Below are positions 45,669 through 59,541 of a DNA stretch of 64,000 nt, in pieces. The translations under genes and the position numbers were made by a program. The stretch's first letter is position 1. Each line of letters starts with the position of its first letter. The notes beneath the pieces are model-generated. The model saw nothing but the letters and a program-made list of their open reading frames with translations. It was not told the DNA's origin and did no database searches. This DNA comes from Tubiluchus corallicola. Lineage: Eukaryota > Animalia > Priapulida. Location: NCBI GenBank assembly GCA_030141605.1, contig JAQGDQ010000657.1, forward strand, positions 5,711-69,710, given 5' to 3'.

Positions 45669-46732
45669 ATTTCTTCATTGTTTTGCTGGCACGTATTAAG
45701 TGCTTTATACCTCAATATGGCTGTTTTCAATTGACGAAAAACTGACCTGTTCCGGTATTTAAATTTTAATACGTAAAAGTACTTTGGTCATACATTAAGA
45801 ATTCTTGAAATAATAAAGTTGTAGCTTTCACAGCAAAATGGTTGTGTATTGTATTATCACGCTGCTCAATTAAAACTTTAAACGGCACTTGCTTATAGTA
45901 CTATTATTGTCTAAACTTCGGGACGTTTTTTCTGCGCCACCCATATATATATATATATATATTAAAATAACTTAAAAAGTATATTTCATCTTTTGTGCAA
46001 ACAATTATTATAACTTATGAAAGACATGCTATAGGTCATGAAAAACAGGTATAGACATTTAGCTAATGAAATATGTGCCAAAAGTTTCCTGAATTTCAAC
46101 AACGTTAAATTTATTACAAAGACATTGTTGCGTTTACCCAATATCTTACTTCAATATGTGTTAAATACTAATTTTTTTTTATTTAAAAAACTGGTGTATA
46201 ATTCCTTTGCACAAAGAAAAACCTGGAAATAATAAACGTTATTAATTGACTATTGTATGTCTTAGCAAAACGGTTACTAAAGCACCTTGAAAACTAATTC
46301 ATTTGATAACGTATAGCCTCTAGTGGCAGACAGGTTATGAACTATACAACAAGACTGGCAGCAAGTTAATAAATTAAGAAAAATTCGTTCGCTTAGCAGG
46401 TTTCCTTGTCAAAACCTTCAAAACACGCCCAAACACACCCTACACTTTACTAAACCACAATGATTAACACAACGTTAAAATCAGGTGTCGGCCGAATCCG
46501 GATTTGCCGGAACGAACTTTATGTACACGCCCTCCAGTTATGTTCTTTTACATACCTTTGTAATAATAACAATTGCAATTCGAAACTTATGATAAACAGA
46601 AGTGTGAAACATGCCTTATGAAGATTATAATCATTATTATTACAGTCTAATTTACAAACAAGACGTTATTAAATTGATGTCATGACGTTGTTTATGACGT
46701 TTCTTACTGACGTCATTAAAAAATAAAAAAAA

Positions 46733-47739
46733 TTCCTCCCTCCTTTTTTCTTCCTCTCTCTAATCTTACTAGTTTTCCATTCCATCATGTCTACAAACCC
46801 TAACCATTCTTTCATTCACTCATTTGTGCTACCTACCTTAACAAGGCAAGCTTTCAAAGTGTCATACAGCAACTCATTTATTTGGTTAATTCCACGTCAT
46901 CAATGCTTTTTTACCTATTATGTTTTTCTTTTCTAATGATATTGTATGTTGATGTGTTGTATATGCATTACTGGAGTGAAATAAATTGATTTGATTTGAA
47001 TTGGTTGATTAATTTGTTTGAAAAGAACAGATCTCGCACCGTATTGATGACAGCAATAAGAGAACACAATCTCTCATTGTTGTCAAAAAAACTGACGACT
47101 CACGTGATAGTAGAGCTGGTGGTGCATTAGTTATCGATTCGTGAAAGAAATTTTAATTTGAACTCGTTTTTTAATCGTTACTAAATGAATGAGATTATAT
47201 GTTCTTGTATGCTTATGAATAGCAATTTTACTATCAATAAAAATGATATTCATAAACGTGCAAGAACATATAATCTCATTCGTTTAATACTGAGTGAGAA
47301 AACGAGTTAAAATTTAAATTTCTTTCACGATTCGATAACTATATGCATCACCAGCACTACTTTTACTGAGTCGTCAGTTTTTTTAATTTTTTAATGACAT
47401 CAATGAAAGATTGTGTTCTCTTACTGCTGTCATCAATGCGGTGCGAGATCTGTTCTTTTCAAACAAATTAATCAATCAATTCAAATCAAATCAATTTATT
47501 TCACTCCAGTAATACATATGCAATACATCAACATACAATATGATTAGAAAAGAAAAACAGAATAGGTAAAAAACATTGATGACGTGAAATTAACCAAATA
47601 AATGAGTTGCTGTATGACAGCTTGCCTTGTTAAGGTGGCACAAATGAATGAATGAAAGAATGGTTAGGGTTAGGGACATGATGGAATCGAGAAAAAATAG
47701 TAAGATTAGGGATAAGAAGAAGGGAGGGAAGAGAGGAAA
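46733..47739. repeat. ~1-kb imperfect palindrome with almost no spacer
   Basis: Arms of ~500 bp are reverse complements centred near 47232 (e.g. gaaaagaacagatctcgcaccg / cggtgcgagatctgttcttttc). Confidence 0.9.
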
Positions 47740-48661
47740 CGACCACAGTGTATGTTAAATTTACATAAAGCTACATTAAGATAGCATAATAATTGATGGG
47801 AGGCCATACATTGCGACTGCATGACATGCATTTCAGTAACTGCTAAATTGTGTTTAATGAATCAACTTGATGCCCAGGAAAGTTCGCGCTGTCAATTTCG
47901 TTTGGTTTAGATGTTTTCCTAGCTTTCGGACAGGACTGGATATTAAGCAAACATTCCTCTGGTAAACATTGGATACAGTGGCCGGTTCAGATCGCATCAA
48001 TGCCACATATTTGTTTTAGAAAGTTTGCAAAATTATGGCTATTTGACGAAACTGTAAACGCGGTAGTTAACTTCTGCAAAATAGGGGTGTGGTCAGAAGA
48101 AGGTCTGTCAAAAGACGCCCATATGTAATCAGCGTGCCTTTTGAACCAGAAGAGACTACAACATCGATATTACAGCAAACTGGTTCTCAAACGTGTGAGC
48201 ACGCTATGCCGGGGGCCAACTTACACAAATTCTTTCAAAAATGCGATGTCACACAAACCATTGTGCCATAAACTTCAGTGACAACATTAGATTTTGACCG
48301 CGATAAAGCGGTACCGAAAACAATTAAGTTAAAATAGAAAAAAGTTACCAGCTGGTTTCAGTGGATTGGTCGTGGAGGAATAATTGCCCAGGCTGTTGAG
48401 TCACTATGACTCAAACTTTATTGACACACATCGGATATTAAATCAAAACCGGAACCAATCTTAAACTGTTGGTCAAAACAATCTACTTTTTAAAATATTG
48501 AAAGGAAACATACTATGTTTTAAAAAATGACTTAGGTGAAAGAATTTTTACCACACAAACACGATTTCTCGTTCCTGCCACTAGTTATTTATTGTTACAT
48601 GTATTTCGCAATTCGCTGATTAGACGGGCGTTAGCGCCTGCATTTCGGAAATAATTGCACA

Positions 48662-49262
48662 TGATGATTTTTCATATACTACTCCATTTTCCGACAAAAA
48701 GACCAACAAAAAGTATACACCTTAACACCAATGATACTGCAAAAGCGTTTCTGATAATTGAATAATAGATTAAAATCTTAATTAACGGTCGGAGAGCCCA
48801 GCTATTGATGACATCACAAACGAACATAATTTTCAACAAGCAAAGGTATTCCACGAACGTGTTGCACGTGTTTACAAAAGCGAAAACTGTAGTGCAATGC
48901 TATTGTATGAGATTTAGTATGTTGTACTAAAACAAGGCAAGTTTAAAGGTAAAATTTTAAATTTCAAATTTAACGCTGTGCTCACACATACATGAACGTG
49001 TGTAGTTCGTCACAAACTCACACATCTGAACTGAGAGGTACAGCACCTGTTTCTTTGCAATGCGCTTCCGAGATGCAGGCGCTAGTGCCCGTTTAACTAG
49101 CGAATGGTGAAATGCATGTAACAGCGAAGAACTAGTGGCCCGAATGTGAAATTGTGTTTGTGTGGTAATAATTCTTTCACGCAAGTCATTTTTGAAAAAA
49201 ATAGTATGTTTCCTTTCAATATTTTAAAAAGTAGATTGTTTTGACCTACAGTTTAAGATTGG
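48662..49262 (-). mobile_element. Family B repeat, inverted relative to 50020-50570
   Basis: Long reverse-complement match, e.g. gtatgagatttagtatgttgtactaaaacaaggcaagttt vs aaacttgccttgttttagtacaacatactaaatctcatac. Confidence 0.72.
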
Positions 49263-49405
49263 GTGCGATTTTTCTTTAAGTAAACAGGTGGTCAAATTGA
49301 ATGTCCAGTAAAGATCATCCTGATTAGTGATCATTTATTTTGCTCTACCTAAGAAAGAAGAAGTCAGTTTTTGTACCTCTCACTAACAAGTAAGTGAATA
49401 CAATG

Positions 49406-49773
49406 AGCCATTTCACAGTTCCAGCGATTGATGATGATCGTGAAAAGGTCAAAGATTGAGTGTACCAGATAATGCATTGCGTACACTCGACAACGCCTCG
49501 CAGCCCATGCTAATGTAACAGTAACAGTTTTAGCAGTTAGCTAGAACTTTACCTAGTTCATTTTTTATTGTTCTCAAGCAAGTTCCTGCTAGTAAATTAC
49601 TCTACGCACTGGCTAGCGCAAAATTAAGTAAAATCCAACTGAAATTACTGAATTGATGCGGGAGACGGCTTTGCTTCACCCCCATGTCACGTGATGATTT
49701 AGGGCACGTTGCAGTACATTTAACCTTTGACCTACGCAACTGCGCGTGCGCACCACGAAACTGTGAAAAGGCT
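49406..49773. mobile_element. MITE family C (TIR AGCCTTTTCACAGTT; PIF/Harbinger- or ISL2EU-like)
   Basis: agccatttcacagtt ... aactgtgaaaaggct; homologue at 62754-63130. Confidence 0.65.
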
Positions 49774-50019
49774 TGTTGCAGATACATTTTACTTTGACTG
49801 CATCATTGCTTTTACTGCAGGCTTACTTAACTTAAGAATCATAAATTGTATAGCATCGTCCCACTTCTGCTTTCATCGTATACATTATTTATTGCAAGAA
49901 TTTGATTATTTTATAACAGTCATCATAAAATTATGTTTCTAACATACGTGGGGCTCCGAGTAGGTGTACAGAAAACCGGGGTATTTGTAAACCTTACCTT
50001 CACTATATATAATACAATA

Positions 50020-50570
50020 GACATACTATTTTTTTCAAAAATGACTTACATGAAATAATTATTACTATACAAACATAATTTCACGTTCGCGCCACTAGTT
50101 CTTCGCTGTTACATGCATTTCACCATTGGCTAGTTAGACGGGTACTAGCGCCCGCATCTCGTAAATCCATTGCGCAAAAACAAGGTGCTGTACCTCTCAG
50201 TTCAAATGTTTTAGTTTGTGACGAACTACACACGTTCATGTATGTGTGAGCACAGCGTTAAATTTGAAATTTAAAATTTTATCTTGAAACTTGCCTTGTT
50301 TTAGTACAACATACTAAATCTCATACAGTAGCACTGCATTTCAGTTTTCGCTTTTGTAAACACGTGCAACACGTTCGTGGAATACTCTTGCTGTTGAAAA
50401 TTATGTTCGTTTGTGATGTCATCAATAGCTGGGCTCTACCACGTTAATTAAGAATGCAATGTATTATTTAATTATCAGAAACGCTTGCTGTATTAATTGT
50501 GTTAGAATGTATACTTTTATCGGATTTGAAAATGTGGTAGTTTATGAAAAATCATCCTGTCTTCCTTTAA
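50020..50570 (+). mobile_element. Dispersed repeat family B (Kolobok-like end ...cttcctttaa)
   Basis: Homologous copies at ~60255-60835 (+), 48455-48660 (+, partial), 48662-49262 (-) and 40929-41511 (-). Confidence 0.7.
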
Positions 50571-51044
50571 GAAGTTTATAGAAACGCTCACCTCTACAGA
50601 ATCAACAAGCAAGCCTTTACAATTATACGATATTTTGCAGGCTATACGATCACTACGCTAAGTTAAAACAATCACTTTGGTCAAATGCAAACCATAGATG
50701 CGTATCAAACTTACTTAGAAGCGATCATCTTCTTTAACAGCATTTTTAGGAAAGTAAACGTCACTTTCCCTTTCAAAAACTTGACATATAATCGCAACGC
50801 TGAAGCTTAATAAACTTAAGAAGTTTGAACAAACCAGTTTGCCAAGCTTACCGATACTTAGCGGATTACTTTGAAACACTAGAAACAATTATGATCTTGA
50901 AGATGAAAATAGTTTGAATAAGATATTATCTTAATGTTGACATTGTTGTGTGTCAGACACAGTTTTTTATCTAAATTTTACGATCTATATAAACTTGTAA
51001 ATATAATGCAATTTTTGCCAGTTTCGTTAGGAGTTGGGTTAAAA

Positions 51045-51665
51045 TTAGTTTAGTTTAGTTTAAACATAATTTATTTAGGATTGAATCAGACAGTTTGAAC
51101 AACATGATTTAGGATCCTCACCACAACAAACTATATACACTAATTACAAAAACATTTACAGTAAAAATTGACTATACCTACACGAGCTGACAAGTTTTAC
51201 TACAAGATTATATTAGATATTAGTAACATTTACAGTAACAATTGACTATACCTACACAAGCTGATAAGTATTACTACAAGATTATATTAGATGTTAGTAC
51301 CAAATGACAGTTAGAAAATATTAATGTACGAATATTTAAGACTAATGCATCTCATATCAGACAGAAACTACTGGATGCGTTTAGTACGTAACATAAAGTC
51401 ATGTCTACATAGGAATATTTTACAGTTAACAACATAATTAAATTCATCTTTTCCAAACAATAACAACTTCAACAGATCAGTAGTTCCTATGGCACCTAGA
51501 ATTAAGGTTTTCAGGTAGCAGTATTTCATTTAGTTCATCAAACATAATAACCCTAGTTTGTTGATACAATGGGCAGTGCAACAAAAAGTGTTCAACAGAC
51601 TCAAATCGAAATCCACAGTTACAATTCGGCAATAATGGATGACTGTTATTATCTTTACAGCCTTC
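51045..51665 (-). mobile_element. 5'-truncated non-LTR retrotransposon (LINE) 3' end
   Basis: Minus strand gives CNCGFRFESVEHFLLHCPLYQQTR (CCHC knuckle), then in a shifted frame LLLFGKDEFNYVVNCKIF...TKRIQ*; the 3' UTR ends aataaa...(taaac)n. Confidence 0.75.
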
Positions 51666-52574
51666 AGAGAAAAGGTCAAAGGTCATAGTTTAGCTAAGAA
51701 AATCCGATTCTCGTGTGCGCCTGATGCACACAAATTAAGATTTTCCAAATGAAAAATGCTTCTTATCCAACGAAAAACTTAAATTAAGGTTAAAGTTAAA
51801 ATCAGTGTTTCCAGAACAGTCAAAACATTGGTGTACTTGCACTATATGTGGCAAGTTCTTGAAGGAATTCTGAGGCTGTGGATCATTTTTTTAAAGAGGA
51901 TAAATTTCTAAGTTGAAAATGCGCCTAAAACAAATCAGGGTGTGTCGATTTACCACTGTAGCCCGAAGGAGCAATAAATCACGTATATTACCGAACATAG
52001 CAGCCAAAAGGCTCATTTTTCTTCCATAATCAGTGAAAAGCAACGCGACTAATGTTGCAACGCGTGGCAATTGAGTTTGAAACAGTCGGTCAGCCACTCA
52101 CCACACGAGAATCACGCTTATTTTCTTGTAAGAACTTTGCAGAAAGACAGATTTTTGATAGTACAGAAAATGAACTGAAAGAGACGTATTTAATATGAAA
52201 TATGTGAAGTGATGAAAACACTTGATTGCATTATACGAATCACACTAGTGGTTACAAAGTATTGACTAATTGAATCTGACTGGTTCTTTGACAAGGTTGG
52301 GTTGTACGTTACAGGATGAAATGATGTTAAAAAACGTTTGCATATTTTGTTTATTCATTATCTGTGCAATCACCATTAATTGCTAGTTTCGACTGTAACG
52401 CCATCTTTAATAATTGGGACCTGAACTAATCAAATTATCTGAATTTCATTAAATGTATTTCAAACTTTCAAACTTTCAAGCTTTTGATTTTAATGTCAAC
52501 AAATGAGTGTTGCAGTTTAGTTAATTTTCAGATTAATTCAACCTCAATGTCCAGCCTTGCATAGACTTTTAAAT

Positions 52575-52864
52575 ATAGGCGTACAGGCCGATTTTTCCAG
52601 GGGGAGGGGCTTTTCCCTAAAAATTCGGGGTCAACATCGAGTAGGGAGCTGCCTCACCCCGCTCCATGATCAAAAAACATCCAGATTTCGGGCACTTCAC
52701 TTGGCGGCACGGAGAAATTTCAAGATTTCCTTTTTTTATGAAAGACATTATTTTATTTCTTTCATAATTTAACTGGTGCCCGAAAAAATGTGTTTGCCCG
52801 AATCTGGGGGGCTGCAGCAACACCCCACTACCAACCACCCTAACCCTCTGGCTCGTACGCCTAT
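52575..52864. mobile_element. hAT-like MITE
   Basis: ataggcgtac ... gtacgcctat termini with G/C-rich subterminal tracts. Confidence 0.55.
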
Positions 52865-53896
52865 GTTTTAGACGATTAATGTTTTGACAACGATATATCT
52901 ATTCTACATCCAAGATGCATCATCACCAACGATTTTCAGTAAAGAAAAAAATTCCAGGTAAACACAGTCCTACCTGTACTTTCTTCACCTGCTTACCACA
53001 CACCTTGAGTCACCTGTACATCATCAACACACCATGTCTTTCGTCGTCTTCATATGCTAGATGATTTTAACGACCAATTACGGCTTAGCAGTCAGGAAGT
53101 ATTGGCTAACACAGAAGACCAACGCTGAATCACAATAATTTAAAACTAGGGAATTCTAGACGGACTTTATGCTGCAGTTTAACACTGGTAGGTAGACTCA
53201 ATGGTAAATTCTTCACGGCTGAGGAAATTCAGTTCACGCCAGAGGCGAAAAGTTTGTATTCTGAAAGGGCGAGCCCACGAGCAGGCTGGGAGCGCACCGA
53301 TACAGTGTTAAACCATGAATGCAATTTAAAGGTGTGTTAAGAAGTTCCAAACGTCTTAAGATACCCGTAAGGTTTGCGATAGGATCTTAGCTGTTTTTGT
53401 AACGATATTAGCTCCGTCAATGCAACTATGAAAGGGTTCATCCGAGGGTCTACGTAGAAGTTTCAGTTAAATTGAAGTTTCTCAACAAATTAATCCGTCG
53501 GCTGCTTTGCAACACTTTTAATGTGTTTTCCATTTTTAACCAAATAATTTATAGTTCAAATAATTATGAAGCAGTTTAAACATTTCTTCGAAATTAAATT
53601 TTATTTTGACCGGGTTCGAATAATCAGTGTTCATTTTCAAAGCATCTTAAAAACAAAGAAATTTTTCAAGAAGGTAGAAGCAACTTAGAAGTACAATTCA
53701 GTGCATGAAGTCACCAAAAATTGTTTTAGATATGTATCAATTTTCCTTACACTGTTCATATCATTGTTTCACTATTTGTTACATAAAATTGTCTACTAGT
53801 TTTTAACCGTAGCTGATTAGTTTTATTCATTCGTCGGTGACATAAGCTTCTGCAGCTTGTAATTGTATGTCTTTAAAATCGACGTGAAATAATTGT

Positions 53897-54525
53897 TTAT
53901 CTTATCTTATCTTATCTTATCTTATCTTATCTTATCTTATCTTATCTTATCTTATCTTATCTTATCTTATCTTATCTTATCTTATCTTATCTTATCTTAT
54001 CTTACCTTATCTTACCTTACCTTACCTTATCTTATCTTATCTTATCTTATCTTATCTTATCTTATCTTATCTTATCTTATCTTATCTTATCTTATCTTAT
54101 CTTATCTTATCTTATCTTATCTTATCTTATCTTATCTTATCTTATCTTATCTTATCTTATCTTATCTTATCTTATCTTATCTTATCTTATCTTATCTTAT
54201 CTTATCTTATCTTATCTTATCTTATCTTATCTTATCTTATCTTATCTTACCTTACCTTACCTTACCTTACCTTACCTTACCTTACCTTACCTTACCTTAC
54301 CTTACCTTACCTTACCTTACCTTACCTTACCTTACCTTACCTTACCTTACCTTACCTTACCTTACCTTACCTTACCTTATCCCATCCCATCCCATCCCAT
54401 CCCATCCCATCCCATCCCATCCCATCCCATCCCATCCCATCCCATCCCATCCCATCCCATCCCATCCCATCTCATCCCATCTCATCTCATCTCATCTCAT
54501 CTCATCTCATCTCATCTTATCTTAC
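53897..54525. repeat. Compound pentanucleotide microsatellite (CTTAT/CTTAC/CCCAT/CTCAT)
   Basis: Directly visible. Confidence 0.96.
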
Positions 54526-55447
54526 TTTTCTTACGATTTCTACATTGATAACTTCAATGCATCTCGTTTGTTGAAAGTAACACAATTTTACCTAACTTTG
54601 CTAAACAAATGACACAAATATGCAATGTCCGTTTTAATTATTTTCCAATTAAGGTTTAAACTTCAGTGGAAACTGTACTCCGACTTATTGCAAATTCAAT
54701 TTATAGACCAAGTACCGGTTCTGTCACAATCGTTTACAAAGCCCCAAATTATCCCGTAGGTTAGTATAGGCTGCAGTCTATCTGTTTTTTTCACTAGGAT
54801 TGTGTTGAAATAATTATGTGCTAATTTGGTTTACAATAAATAGTGAACTAGTGGTACTTGTGCTAAATAACATTAGTGCTTTTCTTTGGGTAACAAATAT
54901 CAGAAATACCAGTCTCTACGACGCTTTAGGTGCTCTAATTCACATTTTAAAAAGAAATCATCTCTGAGATCTTATCTTGAACAGACAGTTTTGGGCGCGT
55001 CTCAAGTTTCTTTTTTAAAAGCACAGCTTTGGAGGAGCATATTGTTCAATTTAAAGTTTTTAAGCGCTTTTAGCTACTCCATAGGATGCTTGTATCACTT
55101 AGGTAATACCCAATACGTGATCATACGTGATCATACGTGCATAGTTGATGATAAAATCGTTGTCACTCAACTTAAAGCGATTAAAGAAACTTTGTGAATT
55201 TTAATCTCAGAATCAGATAACTCTGTTCGTGCAGTTTGCCTAAACAACAGACGTTCGACATAGAGACAAATCTACTTAAAACTTTTGTCCTTTAACATGT
55301 AGTGTTTTCATTGCCCTTGACTTTGATTAATAATTATTTGGTTTGAATGGTTGTCGTGTTCAATTGAGGGTCACTGGTACCTTCATGTTCAAAATCCACT
55401 GTTTTAAAAGAATTGACTAAACGTCTTAAGGACGTTCAGTTACCTAG

Positions 55448-56062
55448 AGACACTGTGTTGCCTGTATTAGTTGCTTTCAGACACTATGTTGCCTGTGTTA
55501 GCTGCTTTCAGACAATGGGTTGCCTGTGTTAGCTGCTTTCAGACACTGTGTTGAATGCGTTAGCTACTTTCAGACACTGGGTTGCCTGTGTTAGCTGCTT
55601 TAAGACACTGTGTTGAATGCGTTAGCTGCTTTCAGACACTGTGTTGCCTGTGCTAGTTGCTTTCAGACACTGTGTTGCCTGTGTTAGTTGCTTTCAGATA
55701 CTGTGTTGAATGCGCTAGCTGCTTTCAGACACTGTGTTGCCTGTGTTAGCTGCTTTCAGACACTGTGTTATCTGTGTTAGCTGCTTTCAGATACTGTGTT
55801 GAATGCGCTAGCTGCTTTCAGACACTGTGTTGCCTGTGTTAGCTGCTCTCCGACACTGTGTTGCCTGTGTTAGCTGCTTTCAGACACTGTGTTATCTGTG
55901 TTAGCTGCTTTCAGACACTGTGTTGCCTGTGTTAGCTGCTTTCCGACACTTTGTTGCTTGTGTTAGCTGCTTACAGACATTGTGTTGCCTGTGATAGCTG
56001 CTTACAGACACTGTGTTGCCTGTGCTAACTGCTTTCAGACACTGTATTGCCTCTGTTAGTTG
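55448..56062. repeat. 31-bp minisatellite, ~20 copies
   Basis: Unit cagacactgtgttgcctgtgttagctgcttt. Confidence 0.92.
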
Positions 56063-56384
56063 TTTTGAGCGATTAATTTGTCGATCATACTAAACTAAAA
56101 GAAGGCTTACGAAGAAGAAACAAGAGTTGATATCAGTAATTAATGGAAAAGGGTTTTGTCATTATCACTTACAGAATGGTTTAAATTTATACTTCACATT
56201 CAGTTTATGATAATAGTTGTAATGTCGTTAGAGAGAACGCTTCGCTTGGTCGACCACAAATTTTTGAATGAATAAATTTGTTGTATTCTCGTATTTATTT
56301 TTCCAATGACAAGTTACCCATCCCGCTTAGTCTCGCAGCTTGCTTTGGTGCGTGCTATAGACAATATGAGCAGTAGTGTTTGCT

Positions 56385-56455
56385 ATCATCACCACGGTCA
56401 TCATCATCATTATCATCATCATCGTCGTCGTGGTCGTCGTCAGCATCATCATGGC

Positions 56456-56489
<34 letters not shown>

Positions 56490-56676
56490 GTCGTCGTTAT
56501 CATCATCAGCATCACCACAATCATCGTCGTCGTCGTAGGCATCATCATGGCCATCATCATCATCGTCGTCGTCGTCGTCATCGTCATCAGTATCATCACA
56601 ATCGTCATCGTCATCGTCATCGTCGTCATCATCATCATCATCACCATCATCATCATCTTCTTCATCGTCACCACGA
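56385..56676. repeat. (CAT/CGT)n microsatellite
   Basis: Directly visible. Confidence 0.93.
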
Positions 56677-58429
56677 TTATTAACATAGATAAAATAAAAT
56701 GTTAATCAATGCTATGCAGCAACAAAAATGTATAGCTGATATTTATAAACTTAGGAAGAAGTAACAGCAGAACACAGTCACAAGTATAAAAGGTATTTAA
56801 ATGATACTTGTTAACCTAGAGCCGTAATCTTTGGCTTTGCCTGGGGATGACTGATTAGTGTTATTTTCGCTCGTTTTTTTACCTTTTTTTCTACACTGCC
56901 AACCATCGCGTGTTTCCCAAGGACACTGTTGACTTCCCAATTCAGCACTTGGAATGCCAAACAGGGGGTTAAATTTTACGACATCTTGTATTTCTGAGCC
57001 ATAAACTAATAACACAAGTTCGCTATGTAATAACAATCAGTAGATAGTTATCTAGTGATATTTGATACGTGTTTTTATCAAGGATAAAACTGCAGGTAAC
57101 TGTGGTGATGATGTGAGCCGAGTTTGACCGCCCGTATCAAAACTGTGAATCAAATACTGTAGCTTAATAAGCGCTGGTCATTATATAAAATAAAAAATTG
57201 GGCTGTTTGTTTGTTTGTTTGTCTGTTGATTTGTCTTGACTGTTGAATATATGTTTGTTTCTTTATTTGCTTGGTAGTTTGTTTACTAGTTAATGGGCTT
57301 ACTTGTTCTTACTTGGATTGCCTTCGTGGTTTTACTTAGCTAATTAGTTGGTCAGTTAGTCATTATTAAAACCACGAACGTGCCAGCTAATCAATTACTT
57401 ACTCAGTCAGTTAGATAGTTAGTTAATTGGCTTGCTTGTTCTTACTTGCATTGCTTCATAGTATTAGTTAGTCAGTTAGTCATCAGTAAATCCACCAACG
57501 TGCCAGCTAATAAGTCACTTAGTTAGTCAGTCAGTTATTAATGGCCATCACCAGCAAAAACAAATCGTTTATGTACCTTGTACACACAACGGCTTTTTAC
57601 CACTATAGGTTTCAATTGTCTATTTATTGATTTCATTGTTTAATATAACAATGTAACAGACATGTTATATACGTATATATACATCATTCACAATTTTAGT
57701 TCATGTTAGCAGGTATAATGATAACAATTAATATTGTTTGACCCGGTAGATACGGCCCGTCATCGGTGATGCGGGTAAGCGCTGCATAACGGACAGTCCG
57801 GAAATTTTAAAAAAAGAAACAACAAAACCAAAACTTAGAAATCAAAAGGGACGGCTGAGAAGAACAACACAAATAGAAAAACAAACAAAACCTGATGACA
57901 ATGCTTCAGACTTTACGGAATCACGATACTCGGCCGGCAGACAGGAGAAGTGCATTCCACGACAAAAAACAGACGATGTCACGTGTTCGTTTTCCCACAG
58001 GAAACCACTGCTCAGCAAATCGCAGGTAATGTTATGGGCTTCTTAGTTGAAAGAGGAGGTCATAACATTACCTGTAAGTTGGTTGGCCTGGTGCCTATAT
58101 GAATAAAAGTGTACAATGCACATTCACTTGTTCAGCTCAATATCTAAAGAAGCTTATTTTAGCTTGTAAGAATGGCTCTGAATGTGAAATAGAAAAAAAG
58201 GAGAAGAATATATATAATTGTACTTTAAGTAATTAATTACTCCACCAAATGTTCTTTTCTATGACGCAGCGTTTTGGAACAGGAACTGCAATGTATTGCT
58301 GTTATGCAAGAAATAATTCTATAATCCGGTCTGTCACCCAAAAGACCCAAAATTCTTGTAGCACATTTCCATTTAGTCCACATTACATTTCGGCACATAA
58401 TACGGCTTCGCTTAATAAGTTATGTATAA

Positions 58430-58656
58430 GTTTGTACACAGTTATGTAGAAGTGTGCACAGTTATGTGCAAGCGTGTACACAGTTATGTGCAAGCGTGTA
58501 GCGTGTAGCGTGTACACAGTTATGTGCAAGCGTGCACACAGTTATGTGCAAGTGTACACAGTTACGTACAAGTGTGTACAGAGTTATGTGCAAGCGTGCA
58601 CACAGTTATGTGCAAGTGTACACAGTTACGTACAAGTGTGTACACAGTTATGTGCA
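58430..58656. repeat. 20-22-bp minisatellite
   Basis: Unit gtgtacacagttatgtgcaa(gc). Confidence 0.85.
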
Positions 58657-59541
58657 GTGTGTTCCTGGGTTACTAATCGTACTACCAAACGAAAACCCAC
58701 ACATAAGTTCTTATTCGTCCTCGTTAATCGTGCAAAAGTGTCTATATGTGAACGTTTTGGAGTTATAAGCGTCCAAAGTAGAAGACCAATTCTTGACATT
58801 GTAGTGTCTCGGGACAGCGGGACAAAGAGTGAATTTGTATAAAAATGTCCAGAACGTTGTTAGAGTGACCAAAAGATTCATTCCTAAAAGTTTGGTAGTG
58901 TATCCAGTCAGTCACTATGTCATCAAAATTTGGTCTTAATAGACCAGGCTAATAGGGTAGCACAGCATTGTGCTCACATGAATACGCTACTACTTAGAAT
59001 TCACCTCATGAATAAATGAATAGGTTTTACAGTAAGAATGCAGCTAGTGTGTGATTATGAGAATTCTGTGCTTCAGTAAACAGGACTGTTTGATATTATT
59101 AGCAGTTACATACGCAGCAACGTATTCAACCTTTACAGCAGAAAGAATTAAATTTAACAATATTTTCACATTTCTTTTACGAACAAAATAAGTGGCCTAT
59201 TAATCATTTTTGAAGAACAAAAATTCTTCGTAAAGCATAAAAGAAAATCGAATTTAAGTGTTGATTCGTTGCGAAACTCCTCAGCTCAATATTTCTGTAT
59301 AGCCATTTTAAAGAATATAATAAAATAAGCACATTGATTATTCTAGCAAATGATTGCAGTTAGGCTGCTGAACTGATGCGCTGTGGCTTCTGATAAATCA
59401 TTTGTTAAACTCATTTACTTTCTAGCTTAACTTTTCAATGGGAATATCTAGAAGTGTCGTTACTTTAATTAATCAGCTGTGGGTTCACATATACATGCAT
59501 TCACACATCTACTTGAATGCTTGGTTTTAATGTAATCGCGA

